Positions 21,266-30,379 of a stretch of DNA of 64,000 nt are shown one piece after another. The translations under genes and the position numbers were made by a program. The stretch is taken from the NCBI GenBank assembly GCA_963716255.1, contig OY970303.1:5472001-5536000 (forward strand), in the 5' to 3' direction. Numbering within the stretch: the first letter of the stretch is position 1; each line of letters opens with the position of its first letter. The notes beneath the pieces were generated by a model that searched no databases, had not been told where the DNA came from, and was given only the letters and a program-made list of their open reading frames with translations. This stretch comes from an uncultured Gemmatimonadales bacterium (GTDB taxonomy: Bacteria; Gemmatimonadota; Gemmatimonadetes; Longimicrobiales; Longimicrobiaceae).

Positions 21266-23371
21266 ATGGACAACCGACGGGACGTGATGGACCTCAAGGA
21301 GATCGCGGCCGCGCTGCGCCGCGGTCTCCCCTGGATCCTGGGTGGCGGGCTGCTGGGGCTGGCCGCGGGCGCCGCCACCCTGGTCACGCTCGACCGGCAG
21401 TACGAGGCGTCGGCCACCGTGCTCCTGCGCAGCCAGGTGGGGGGCAGCTCCTCGGCCATGGCCCTTTCCCGCATCTCGGGGATGCTGGGCGGGCTCGGCG
21501 GGGGCGGGCTCGGCGGGTCGGAGGTGGAGACCGAGCAGCAGATCCTCACCAGCCGCGCCATCCTGGGCGAGGTGGTGGACTCGCTGGGGCTCCAGGTGCG
21601 GGTGACGGAGCCCGCGGGAATGCGGGCGGACGAGCTGTTCTCGTCGCGTCGGGTCGCCCCGGACGCGGAGGGCGGCGAGCTGCGCTTCGAGCGCCGCGAA
21701 GGGACGTACTCCGTGGAGGGCGAGGATTTCTCGGGGACGGTGGCTCCCGGCGGCTCGCTGCGCATTCCCGGCGGGGTGCTGACGCTGCGGCGCTCCGGGC
21801 TGCCGGAGCGCTTCGAGGTGGCGGTCAGCGACCGGCAGGGGGCGGTGCTGGGGGTGGAGAAGGAGCTGAACGCCGAGGTCACCGGCGGCGAGGTGGTGGG
21901 GATCTCCTTCCGCGCCGCGGACCCGCAGCTCGCCGCGGCGGTCCCCAACGCCATGATCGCGCGCTACCTGGCGCGCCGGCGGACCACCGACCGCGGGGTC
22001 AACCAGCACCGCTACGAGTTCCTGACGGCGCACACGGACAGCATCGCCACGCAGCTCGCGCTGGCGGAGAACGCCCTGCGGCGCCACCAGGAGACGAGCG
22101 GCGTCCTGGATCCCGAGCTGAGCGGGAAGACGGAGCTGGAGCGCGCCATGGCGATCCAGGCGCAGCTGGAGACCGCCGAGATCGAGGCGCGCTCGCTCCA
22201 GCGGATCGTGTCCCGGGGCGCGGGTGGTGGCTTCTCGCCGCGCGAGCTGGCGGCCTTTCCCACCTTCCTGAGCAACGCCGCCATCAACGACGTCCTGTCG
22301 CGCCTGCTCAAGCTGGAAACGGACCGCATCGCGCTGCTGGAGCGGCGCACCGAGCAGGACCCGGAGGTGATCGCGCTGTCCACCAGCATCGAGCACCTGG
22401 AAGGGCAGCTCGTCTCGCTGTCGCGCGACTACCTGGCGGGGCTGAACGGCCAGCAGTCGGAGCTGCGGCGGGAGCTGGGGGGCTACCAGGCGGCGCTCGC
22501 CGCGCTCCCCAGCCAGGCGGAGGAGAGCCTGCGCCGCGAGCGCGAGGTGCTGCGCCTTTCCCAGACGCTGGTCGCCATGCAGACGCAGCTGGTGGAGGCG
22601 CGGCTCGGCGCGATCAGCGAGGGCGGCGACGTGCGCCAGGTGGACGTGGCCGTGCCGCCCCGCAAGCCGGCGTTCCCCAACCCGCCGCTCAACCTGCTCG
22701 GCGGGCTGCTGGGCGGCCTGTTCTTCGGGATGGTGGCGGCGGTGGGCGCGTCGCTGGCCCGCGGCGAGGTGCGCGAGCCCTGGGAGGCGGAGCTGGCCAC
22801 CGGCGCCCCCGCGGTGGGGATGGAGCCCGGGATGCCGCTCTGGCTGGCGGGGATCGGCGACGCGCGCTCGGCGCTGGTGGTGCCGGCGGGGCGCTCCGCC
22901 GACGCCCTTGCGGTGGCGGAGCAGCTGGCGGCCACGGCGGCGCTGCGGGGCCGCGAGGCCATGGCCGTGGACCTGACGCAGCCGGTGACGGCCGCTCCGA
23001 ACCGGCTCGCCGCCGCCCTCCCCGCTTCGCGCGTGGGAGCCGCAGGCGTGGAGCCGGGGGGCGTGGCGACGCTGGCGGAGGGGCGCCCGGGCCTGCAGGC
23101 CAACGGCAACGGCGCTTCCGTCGGCGGGATGCGCTCGGCGCTGGGCGACCTGGAGGCGCGCTACGGCTTCGTCGCGGCGGCGCTCCCGGGGATCGAGGGG
23201 CCGCAGACGGTGGCGGTGCTCGCCCCGGACCGGCCGGTGGTGGTGGTGGCGCGCGCCGGCCGGGTGCATCGCGACGCGCTGCGCCGCACGGTGGAGGCGT
23301 GCGAGCGGCTGGGCGTCCCGGTGGCCGGAGTGGTGCTGCAGCCCGTGGGGAAGCGTGGCCGGAGCGCCTGA
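21266..23371 (+). CDS. Polysaccharide co-polymerase (Wzz/Wzc/GumC-like) with a degenerate kinase-like C-terminus
   Basis: N-terminal TM then YEASATVL, ETEQQILTSRAI, coiled coil, VDVAVPPRKPAFPNP then second TM; ends GVVLQ. Confidence 0.85.
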   Translation: MDNRRDVMDLKEIAAALRRGLPWILGGGLLGLAAGAATLVTLDRQYEASATVLLRSQVGGSSSAMALSRISGMLGGLGGGGLGGSEVETEQQILTSRAILGEVVDSLGLQVRVTEPAGMRADELFSSRRVAPDAEGGELRFERREGTYSVEGEDFSGTVAPGGSLRIPGGVLTLRRSGLPERFEVAVSDRQGAVLGVEKELNAEVTGGEVVGISFRAADPQLAAAVPNAMIARYLARRRTTDRGVNQHRYEFLTAHTDSIATQLALAENALRRHQETSGVLDPELSGKTELERAMAIQAQLETAEIEARSLQRIVSRGAGGGFSPRELAAFPTFLSNAAINDVLSRLLKLETDRIALLERRTEQDPEVIALSTSIEHLEGQLVSLSRDYLAGLNGQQSELRRELGGYQAALAALPSQAEESLRREREVLRLSQTLVAMQTQLVEARLGAISEGGDVRQVDVAVPPRKPAFPNPPLNLLGGLLGGLFFGMVAAVGASLARGEVREPWEAELATGAPAVGMEPGMPLWLAGIGDARSALVVPAGRSADALAVAEQLAATAALRGREAMAVDLTQPVTAAPNRLAAALPASRVGAAGVEPGGVATLAEGRPGLQANGNGASVGGMRSALGDLEARYGFVAAALPGIEGPQTVAVLAPDRPVVVVARAGRVHRDALRRTVEACERLGVPVAGVVLQPVGKRGRSA

Positions 23372-24581
23372 GGCGAGGGCGGCCCGGGCGCGGCCGCGCG
23401 ACAGGTCGGCGCCGGCCGTCCGCCCCGCCGGGAAGCCGGCGCCCGGTCCGGGCGCGGAGGGGGTCTCCGTGCTGGTGGACGCGCGCGCCATCTTCGTCTC
23501 GGGGATCGGGCGCTACCTGCGCGAGGTCCTCCAGGCAGTGATCGCCGACCCGCGGTTCGGGCGCGTCCGGCTCCTGGGCGACCCGGCCGCGCTGGCCGAG
23601 TTCTGCGCCGGGGTGGCGGAGCCCGCCAAGACGGAGATCCACCCGTATCCCAGCGGCTTCTACAGCCCGCGCGCCCAGGCCGCCTGGCTGCGGCTGCGGG
23701 CCACGGGCCGCTGCGACTCGGACGTCGCCTTCTTCCCGCACTACGACGTCCCCCTCCTGGCGCTCCCGCGCCGCAGCGTGGTCACGGTCCAGGACCTGAT
23801 CCACTTCAAGGTCCCCTCCGCCTTTCCGGCCTGGCGCCGGCGCGCCGCCGGCGTGCTGCTGCGCCGCGCCGTGCAGGGCGCCGGCCGGGTGCTGGTGACC
23901 TCGCAGTCCACGCGCCGCGACCTGCTGGAGCGGTTTCCCGGGTGCGGCTCCAAGGTGGGCGTGGTGCCCCTGGGCGTCAGCCCGTTCTTCGCCGCGACGG
24001 CCGATGCCTCCTCCCCGGAGCGGATCGGCGGGCCGTACCTGCTGTGCGTGGGGAACCGCAAGCCGCACAAGAACCTCGTCGCGGCGGTGGAGACGCTGGC
24101 CCAGCTGCGCGCCGAGGCGCCGGAGCTGCGCCTGGCGATCGTGGGCGAGGTGTACCGGGGATGGGAAGAGGTGCTGCGGCGCGCCGGGGAGCTGGGCGTG
24201 CGGGACCGCGTGGTGGAGGTGGCGGGGGCGTCGGACGCGGAGCTGCGCTCGCTGTACGCCGGGTGCGAGGCGCTGCTCTTCCCCTCGCTGTACGAGGGCT
24301 TCGGGCTTCCCGCGCTGGAGGCGATGGCCGCCGGCGCGCCCGTGGTGGCCTCGGACCGCTCCTCGCTCCCGGAGGTGGTGGGCGACGCGGGGCTGCTGGC
24401 GGATCCCGAGGACCCCGCCGCCATGGCGGAGGCGGTGCGCCGCCTGCGGCGCGACCCGGAGCTGCGCGCCCGCCTGGTGCGGCGCGGGCGGGAGCGCGCG
24501 GCGTCGTACACCTGGGAGCGCACCGCGCGCGAGACCGCCGACGTCCTCCTGCGGGTGGCCGGCGCGGAGGCGCGCCCGTGA
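23355..24581 (+). CDS. Glycosyltransferase family 4 (group 1)
   Basis: SGIGRYLRE, VGNRKPHKN, FPSLYEGFGLPALEAMAAG; start uncertain. Confidence 0.9.
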   Translation: MAGAPEARAARARPRDRSAPAVRPAGKPAPGPGAEGVSVLVDARAIFVSGIGRYLREVLQAVIADPRFGRVRLLGDPAALAEFCAGVAEPAKTEIHPYPSGFYSPRAQAAWLRLRATGRCDSDVAFFPHYDVPLLALPRRSVVTVQDLIHFKVPSAFPAWRRRAAGVLLRRAVQGAGRVLVTSQSTRRDLLERFPGCGSKVGVVPLGVSPFFAATADASSPERIGGPYLLCVGNRKPHKNLVAAVETLAQLRAEAPELRLAIVGEVYRGWEEVLRRAGELGVRDRVVEVAGASDAELRSLYAGCEALLFPSLYEGFGLPALEAMAAGAPVVASDRSSLPEVVGDAGLLADPEDPAAMAEAVRRLRRDPELRARLVRRGRERAASYTWERTARETADVLLRVAGAEARP

Positions 24582-24594
24582 GCCGGCCCGGGTG

Positions 24595-25869
24595 ATGGAG
24601 GCCGCGGCCGCGCGGCCGGGCGGCGAGCCCGGCGTCGTCCCCGCTCCCACGCGCTTCGAGAAGGCGGCCATCGGTCTGCTGGTCGCCTTCCTGCTGGTGT
24701 TCCCCAAGGGCGGGATCAAGCTGGGCGGGGTGCCGCTCACCTGGGGCTACATCGTCCTCGGCCTGGCCTTCGCCTGGCTCCCGCTGGCGCTGCTGCTGGG
24801 GCGCTCGGCTCCGGTGCGGACGGTGCGGCTCCTGGTGCCCGCGCTGCTCGTCCCCTTCCAGCTGGTCGTCTGGTGGGGGTTGCTCGCCAACGGCACGGAC
24901 GGGATGGGCTTCGCCATCTCGCTCGTGGTCAGCTTCTTCTTCATCCCCCTGATGCTCGTGCTGGTCCTGGGGATACACCTGGACCGCATCGACCTGCGCT
25001 TCCTCTTCCGGCTGGTCCGGTGGGGGGTGTTCGCCGTGGCCGTCTACGGCATCTTTCTGTTCTTCTACCGGCTCAAGACGGGGACCTTCATCGAGGTGCC
25101 CTTTCTGACGGTGAACGCGGGGGACGTGGGCGGGCTGGAGGACAAGTACATCGACCGCGGCGGGGTGTTCAAGCTCATCTCCACCTACAACAACGGCAAC
25201 ATCTACGGGGTCTCCATGCTGACCCTGCTGCCGCTGTACGCCTGGCTGGAGCGGAGCGTCCCCCGGCAGCTGGTGGTGAAGTTCTCGCTGCTGCTCACGC
25301 TGTCGCGCACGGTGTGGGTGGGGCTGATCCTGTTCGAGGTCCTGCACCGGGTGTGGGTGAAGCGGATCTCGCCGCGCGCCGTCGCCATGCTGCTCGCCTC
25401 GCTGCTGGTGGTGCTGGGGGGACTGTGGTACGCGCTGGACCTGATGGGGTGGGACGCGGCGCACCTGTTCGACCGCAGGCTGGGTGGGCGCGTGGGCCAG
25501 CTCGCGGCGCTGGAGGAGGCCACCGTGCTGCCTCACACGCGCTTCCGGGACATCCTGGAGATCGTGTACCTGGGGATCCTGCACAACTTCGGGATCGTGG
25601 GGTTGGCCGCCTACCTGCTGGCGATGAGCGGCCCGCTCCTGCTGTACGCCGCGCGGCTCCTGCCTTTCGCCGCCACCGAGTACAAGCGCAGCCTGGCGGC
25701 GGGGCTGGCGATCTACCTGGTGGTGTCGATGTCGGACGGGGCGCTGCTCTTCATCCCGGTCATGGTGTTCTTCTGGTTCGTGGCGTCGCTGCTCGTTTCC
25801 GACAACCCCTCGTTCCGGGCGCTGGAGCCGCCCGCGGGCGGGGGCGGCCGTGTCCGCGCGACGGCGTGA
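24595..25869 (+). CDS. Multi-pass membrane protein, putative polysaccharide polymerase (Wzy-like) 1
   Basis: About 10-11 hydrophobic segments, STYNNGNIYG loop, LTLSRT; lies among GT genes. Confidence 0.65.
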   Translation: MEAAAARPGGEPGVVPAPTRFEKAAIGLLVAFLLVFPKGGIKLGGVPLTWGYIVLGLAFAWLPLALLLGRSAPVRTVRLLVPALLVPFQLVVWWGLLANGTDGMGFAISLVVSFFFIPLMLVLVLGIHLDRIDLRFLFRLVRWGVFAVAVYGIFLFFYRLKTGTFIEVPFLTVNAGDVGGLEDKYIDRGGVFKLISTYNNGNIYGVSMLTLLPLYAWLERSVPRQLVVKFSLLLTLSRTVWVGLILFEVLHRVWVKRISPRAVAMLLASLLVVLGGLWYALDLMGWDAAHLFDRRLGGRVGQLAALEEATVLPHTRFRDILEIVYLGILHNFGIVGLAAYLLAMSGPLLLYAARLLPFAATEYKRSLAAGLAIYLVVSMSDGALLFIPVMVFFWFVASLLVSDNPSFRALEPPAGGGGRVRATA

Positions 25870-25918
25870 CCCCTCTCCTTCCGACGTTCCGCCGGGACCC
25901 CCGGCCCACCGACCTGCG

Positions 25919-27043
25919 ATGAAGCGGATCCTGTTCGTCGACCACACGCCCTTCGTCGGGGGGGCGCAGCTCGTCATCGCCGACCACATCCGGCACCTGG
26001 ACCGGACGCGGTTCACCCCGCTGATGGCCTGCACGCCGACGGTGCCCGCGCTGGTGGAGCGCTACCGGGCCGCGGGCGCGGAGGTGTTCTTCACCCCGCT
26101 GCCGCGCCTGCGGGTGCGCAGCCCCGTGGCGGTCGTGCGTCTGCTGGGGGCCGCGCGGGCGCTGCGCCGGCTGATCCGCCGCGAGCGCGCGGACGTCGTG
26201 GTGGCCAACACCTCGCGCGCGGCGTACGTGGCGAGCCTTGCGGTGAAGGGGACGGGGGTGCCGCTGGTGTGGTGGGTGCGCGACTTCCTCTTCGGCGACC
26301 TGGCGTTCCGGCTGATGAGCGGGGCCCCGGCGAAGATCGTGTGCGTGTCGCAGGCGATCCGCGACTTCTACGGGGGTGCCGCCGACCCGCGCTTCGAGGT
26401 GGTCTACGTGGGCAACGACCTGTACCGCCGCGCCGCGGAGGTCGCCGACGAGCGCGTCCGCGTCGAGCGGGAGCGCTGGGGCTTCGGGCCGGAGGACTTC
26501 GTGGTGGGCTTCATGGGGCGGCTGGTGGAGGAGAAGGGGGTGGAGGACGTGGTCGCCGCCGTGGAGGAGGCGCACCGCCGCCACCCGCGCGTGAAGCTGC
26601 TCGTGGTGGGCACGGGGAGCGGCCAGGCCTTCAACGTGGAGGCGCGGGTCCGCCAGGCGGTCGCCGTGCGCAAGCTCGGCTTCGTGCGGTTCGCCGGCTA
26701 CCAGGCGGACGAGGCGCTGTACTACCGCCTGTTCGACGCGTTCGTGCTCGCCACGCGCACCGCGGAGCCGTACGCGACCTCGGTGGTGCAGGCGATGATG
26801 GCGGGGAAGCCGGTGGTGGGAACCGCGACCGGGGGGACGCCGGAGCTGGTGCGCGACCGCGAGACCGGGATGCTGGTGCCCCCCTCGGCGCCGCGCGAGA
26901 TGGCCGCCGCGCTGCGCGCGCTGCTGGAGGACCCGGGGCTGGCGTCGCGCGTGGCGGAGGCGGGGCACGCCTACGTGATGGAGCACAACCGCGAGGAAGT
27001 GACCACCGCCCGGGTGGAGCGTCTGTACGACGAGCTGGCCTGA
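25919..27043 (+). CDS. Glycosyltransferase family 4
   Basis: VGGAQLV, MGRLVEEKG, EPYATSVVQAMMAGKPVV, GGTPELV. Confidence 0.9.
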   Translation: MKRILFVDHTPFVGGAQLVIADHIRHLDRTRFTPLMACTPTVPALVERYRAAGAEVFFTPLPRLRVRSPVAVVRLLGAARALRRLIRRERADVVVANTSRAAYVASLAVKGTGVPLVWWVRDFLFGDLAFRLMSGAPAKIVCVSQAIRDFYGGAADPRFEVVYVGNDLYRRAAEVADERVRVERERWGFGPEDFVVGFMGRLVEEKGVEDVVAAVEEAHRRHPRVKLLVVGTGSGQAFNVEARVRQAVAVRKLGFVRFAGYQADEALYYRLFDAFVLATRTAEPYATSVVQAMMAGKPVVGTATGGTPELVRDRETGMLVPPSAPREMAAALRALLEDPGLASRVAEAGHAYVMEHNREEVTTARVERLYDELA

Positions 27044-27072
27044 CCCGCGAGCGGACGCCAGCGCGATGCCCT

Positions 27073-27214
27073 GCGTGAGGGATTTCGGCCCGAAGGGGCG
27101 AGACCGCGCGGCTGTTTGCGCGGGCTCGACTCCGTTACGCAGCGTTGTTTGCTGCGTTACGGAGCCGAAGCCCGACCCCGGCGCCCGCCGGGGGCACGCC
27201 CGACCCGGCCGTTA
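27073..27214 (+). repeat. Structured ~130-bp dispersed element, copy 3
   Basis: Between convergent GT genes; stems CCGCGC/GCGCGG and ACGCAGC/GCTGCGT. Confidence 0.92.
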
Positions 27215-27222
27215 AAAGCCGT

Positions 27223-28278
27223 TCAAGCCGCGTTGCGCTGCGGCCTGGCGGCCCCACGGCCGGCGGCGGGACTGGTGGCCGGAGAGGACGCGCGGAACCG
27301 GTCCCGGAGCGAGTAGGCGGCCCCCAGAAAGTCTACCCGCGACACCGCGGAGGCCATCCCCAGGGCGGCGCGGGCGCGGTCGGAAAGGGTGTCGGCGCGG
27401 GCCAGCGCACTGGTGAAGGCGGAGAGCGCCGCGCGGAACTCGCGGCCGCTCAGGTGGGCGGCGCCCCGCACGATGTCGCCGGAGACCAGGGCCCGGGAGC
27501 GCACGCCGGCGTGCCACCCCAGCGAGTCGAGCGTGGAGGGATCCAGCCGGCGCTCCATCTCCATGACCACCTGGAGGTGCTGGGCGTCCATCTGGTGCTT
27601 GTGCCCGCGGGTGGTCTGCTGGCCGTGGATGCGGTAGTGGCCCAGTACCTGGTTGAGGAAGCAGCCGTAGCCGGGGTTGGTCGCGGCGATCCACAGCCAG
27701 GTGGGGAGGTCCACGTACAGGCTGGAGCCGGCCTGCCGGAACCCCCCGGCGCGGTCCAGCACCGACCTGCGGACCATGACCGTGACCGTGGGGGTGAGCA
27801 GGTTGACGCGGGTGAGGCGGCGGAACAGCTCGGCGCTGGGGAACAGCTCGGCGCTCCGGCGGGTGTGCACCGACACGCGCTCGCCGCACGGCCGCCCGTC
27901 GTCGTCCACCAGCGCGCCGCGGCCCCAGCTCAGCAGCACGCCGGGGTCGTCGAAGGTGGGGACCTGGGCGGCCAGCTTGTCGGCGGGCCACAGGTCGTCG
28001 CCCTCCAGGATGGCGACCAGCTCGCCGCGCGCCGCCGCCAGCGCAGTGTTGTAGCTCTCGCCCAGCGCGGCGAGCCCCCGGTGCGGGAGACGGATGCAGC
28101 GGATCCGCGGGTCGCGGTAGCCGTCCACGATGTCCGGGGTGCCGTCGGTGGAGCCGTCGTCGACGACGATCTGCTCCCAGTGGGGGTACGTCTGCGCGAG
28201 GACGCTCTCGACACACTCGGCGATGTATCGCTTCTGGTTGTACGACGGGGTGACGATCGTGACCAGGGGGCTCTTCAT
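27223..28278 (-). CDS. Glycosyltransferase family 2
   Basis: PLVTIVTPSYNQ, SVLAQTY, VVDDGSTD, ILEGDD. Confidence 0.9.
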   Translation of the reverse strand: MKSPLVTIVTPSYNQKRYIAECVESVLAQTYPHWEQIVVDDGSTDGTPDIVDGYRDPRIRCIRLPHRGLAALGESYNTALAAARGELVAILEGDDLWPADKLAAQVPTFDDPGVLLSWGRGALVDDDGRPCGERVSVHTRRSAELFPSAELFRRLTRVNLLTPTVTVMVRRSVLDRAGGFRQAGSSLYVDLPTWLWIAATNPGYGCFLNQVLGHYRIHGQQTTRGHKHQMDAQHLQVVMEMERRLDPSTLDSLGWHAGVRSRALVSGDIVRGAAHLSGREFRAALSAFTSALARADTLSDRARAALGMASAVSRVDFLGAAYSLRDRFRASSPATSPAAGRGAARPQRNAA

Positions 28279-28554
28279 GCCGCCGGCGTACGGGGAGCGT
28301 GAATGCGTGGCGAGTTTCTGCATGGCGCAGAAATGTATGGCTTTACGGCGCCGCCGCAACCTCCGTTCCCGCGGGGCGGCGCCACACACACGGGAGGCGG
28401 CGTGCTGCCCTGTTTTTCGGATTCTCCACGGGCCGGAGCGGGCCCCGCGCCGGGGGCGCATGCCTCGACACCGCGCGGGCTTGGGCTTAGATTCGTCCGC
28501 TTCCGGATCCGGCCCCGCGGCGTGGGGGTGGACCGCCCGCTCCCTGGCAATGGC

Positions 28555-29562
28555 ATGATGCTCCGCTGGCTTTTTCTGCTCCTGCTGGTGCTTTCCGCGG
28601 CCTGCGACCCGTGCGCGGGGATCGGGGCGTGCGCCGAGCCCCAGCTCCGCTACACGGGCATCGTCACCACGCTCTTCCCGGACTACCCGGCGCGCGACGT
28701 GCGCGTGGAGTTCGTCCGCAGGGGCGGGGTGGGGCTCGAGGACGCGAAGCTCACGGCCGTCAGCGACTCCGCCGGCGTGTTCCTGCTGGAGGGACGCGCG
28801 CAGGAGGAGGGCAGGGTCACGGGCGACCTGGTCTTCTACCCGCCGACGCCCATCGCACCGGTGACCATCACGGGGGTGGAGATGTCCACCGCCCGCGCTC
28901 CCGGGGAGCTGCGCAGGCTGGGCACCTGGATGATCCCGTACCCCTTCTTCGCGTACAAGGGCGTCCTCTTCCACCGCAACGACGGTCAGCCGCCCGCCAA
29001 GGGGATCGAGGTGGAGTTCCGGCGCACGGGCGGGATCCCCATCTACCCGGACACCTTCACGGTGCTGTCGGACGAGCGCGGCCAGTTCGACCTGCGCCCC
29101 AAGACCTCGGTGTCGGGCGAGGTGACGGGCAACGTGACGGTGCACCTCCTCCCGCCCTACCAGCCGTACGTGGTCCGCGGGATCCGGCTCTCGACGTTCA
29201 CCATCCCGCGGATCGACTCGCTCATCCCGCTCCCCATCGGGTACGGGCTGCCGTACTCGGCGCTGCTCACCTGGGAGGTCGGCGGCCGGCCGGCGGCGGG
29301 GGTGGAGGTGGAGTTCCGCAGGACCGGCGGCGTCCGCACCTACCCCGAGCGCTTCGTGACCCGCACCGACGCCTTCGGCACCGTGCTCCTGAACCCCGCG
29401 CCGCTGGAAAGCGGGGAGCTGGTGGGCGACGTGGTGGCGCGCCTGCCGGCGCCGCGCGGCGAGGTGGTGGTCATCCCCGGGCTGCGGCTGCGCACGGTGG
29501 AGGACAGCCGCCCCACGCAGTTCCTGGGCTTCTTCCGCGTCCCCGGAGGCCCCGATGCGTGA
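28555..29562 (+). CDS. Hypothetical lipoprotein with three ~100-aa internal repeats
   Basis: Lipobox SAAC after a hydrophobic stretch; PAxxxxVEFxRxGG...(S/T)DxxG...GxxxG repeated three times. Confidence 0.75.
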   Translation: MMLRWLFLLLLVLSAACDPCAGIGACAEPQLRYTGIVTTLFPDYPARDVRVEFVRRGGVGLEDAKLTAVSDSAGVFLLEGRAQEEGRVTGDLVFYPPTPIAPVTITGVEMSTARAPGELRRLGTWMIPYPFFAYKGVLFHRNDGQPPAKGIEVEFRRTGGIPIYPDTFTVLSDERGQFDLRPKTSVSGEVTGNVTVHLLPPYQPYVVRGIRLSTFTIPRIDSLIPLPIGYGLPYSALLTWEVGGRPAAGVEVEFRRTGGVRTYPERFVTRTDAFGTVLLNPAPLESGELVGDVVARLPAPRGEVVVIPGLRLRTVEDSRPTQFLGFFRVPGGPDA

Positions 29563-30061
29563 GCGCTTCTGCGCCGCCCGCCGGGCCGCGGCGCCGTGCG
29601 CCGCGCTGCTCGCGCTGGCCGCGTGCTCCCCGGACAAGGAGGTGCTGCCCGGCACCGGCGCCGACCTGGACTTCCCGCCGGTCTCGGGGACGTGGTCGTA
29701 CGCCGCGCCCGAGGTGCGGCTCGCCGGGACGGCCGGCGAGGCGCCCTGCCAGATCACCGGGGTGGTGCTGACCATCAACCAGTTCCGCTACAAGGGCGAG
29801 CTGGTGGGCGACTTCGACGGGCGCACGGCCGGCGGCTCGCTCGCCTGCCGCGGCGACCTGAGCTCGCTCAGCGGCGCCCTGCAGGCGTACCCGGTGGGGC
29901 AGGGCTACGCCCTCAACCGCGACATCGCCTTCAACATCGGCACGCTGGACTGGCGCCACGCCGGCTTCGTGGCGGGCGACTCCATGAGCGGCACCTTCGT
30001 CCTGAAGCAGGGCTCCCTCCGCTTCGAGGGGAAGTTCGTGGCGAAGCGCACCGCGCGGTGA
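29555..30061 (+). CDS. Hypothetical lipoprotein (beta-rich)
   Basis: Lipobox LAAC, VSGTWSY motif; overlaps the upstream gene stop. Confidence 0.7.
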   Translation: MRERFCAARRAAAPCAALLALAACSPDKEVLPGTGADLDFPPVSGTWSYAAPEVRLAGTAGEAPCQITGVVLTINQFRYKGELVGDFDGRTAGGSLACRGDLSSLSGALQAYPVGQGYALNRDIAFNIGTLDWRHAGFVAGDSMSGTFVLKQGSLRFEGKFVAKRTAR

Positions 30062-30087
30062 CCTTCCCCGCAGAAGAGGGCCGCAGG

Positions 30088-30210
30088 CCCTCACCCGGCT
30101 CGCTCGAGGCTCGCCACCCTCTCCCAATCCTGGGAGAGGGGGCTAACTGCTGGTGCCGTGCCGTGCTCCCCCTCTCCCGCTTGCGGGGGAGGGGGCCGGG
30201 GGGAGGGGGC
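30088..30210. repeat. REP-like palindrome doublet (CCCTCTCCC...GGGAGAGGG family)
   Basis: Unit at 30088-30142 and an oppositely oriented unit at 30166-30210; related to 33470 and 56624. Confidence 0.75.
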
Positions 30211-30218
30211 CCGCCGTC

Positions 30219-30360
30219 GCGTGAGGGATTCCGGCCCGAAGGGGCGAGACCGCGCGGCTGTTTGCGCGGGCTCGACTCCGTTGGGCTGCGTTGTTTGCAG
30301 CCCTACGGAGCCGAAGCCCGACCCCGGCGCCAGCCGGGGTCACGCCCGAACCGGTCGTCG
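30219..30360 (+). repeat. Structured ~130-bp dispersed element, copy 4
   Basis: Variable stem GGGCTGC/GCAGCCC; ends about 20 bp before the flippase ATG. Confidence 0.92.
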
Positions 30361-30379
30361 AAAGCCGTAAGGACTCGCC

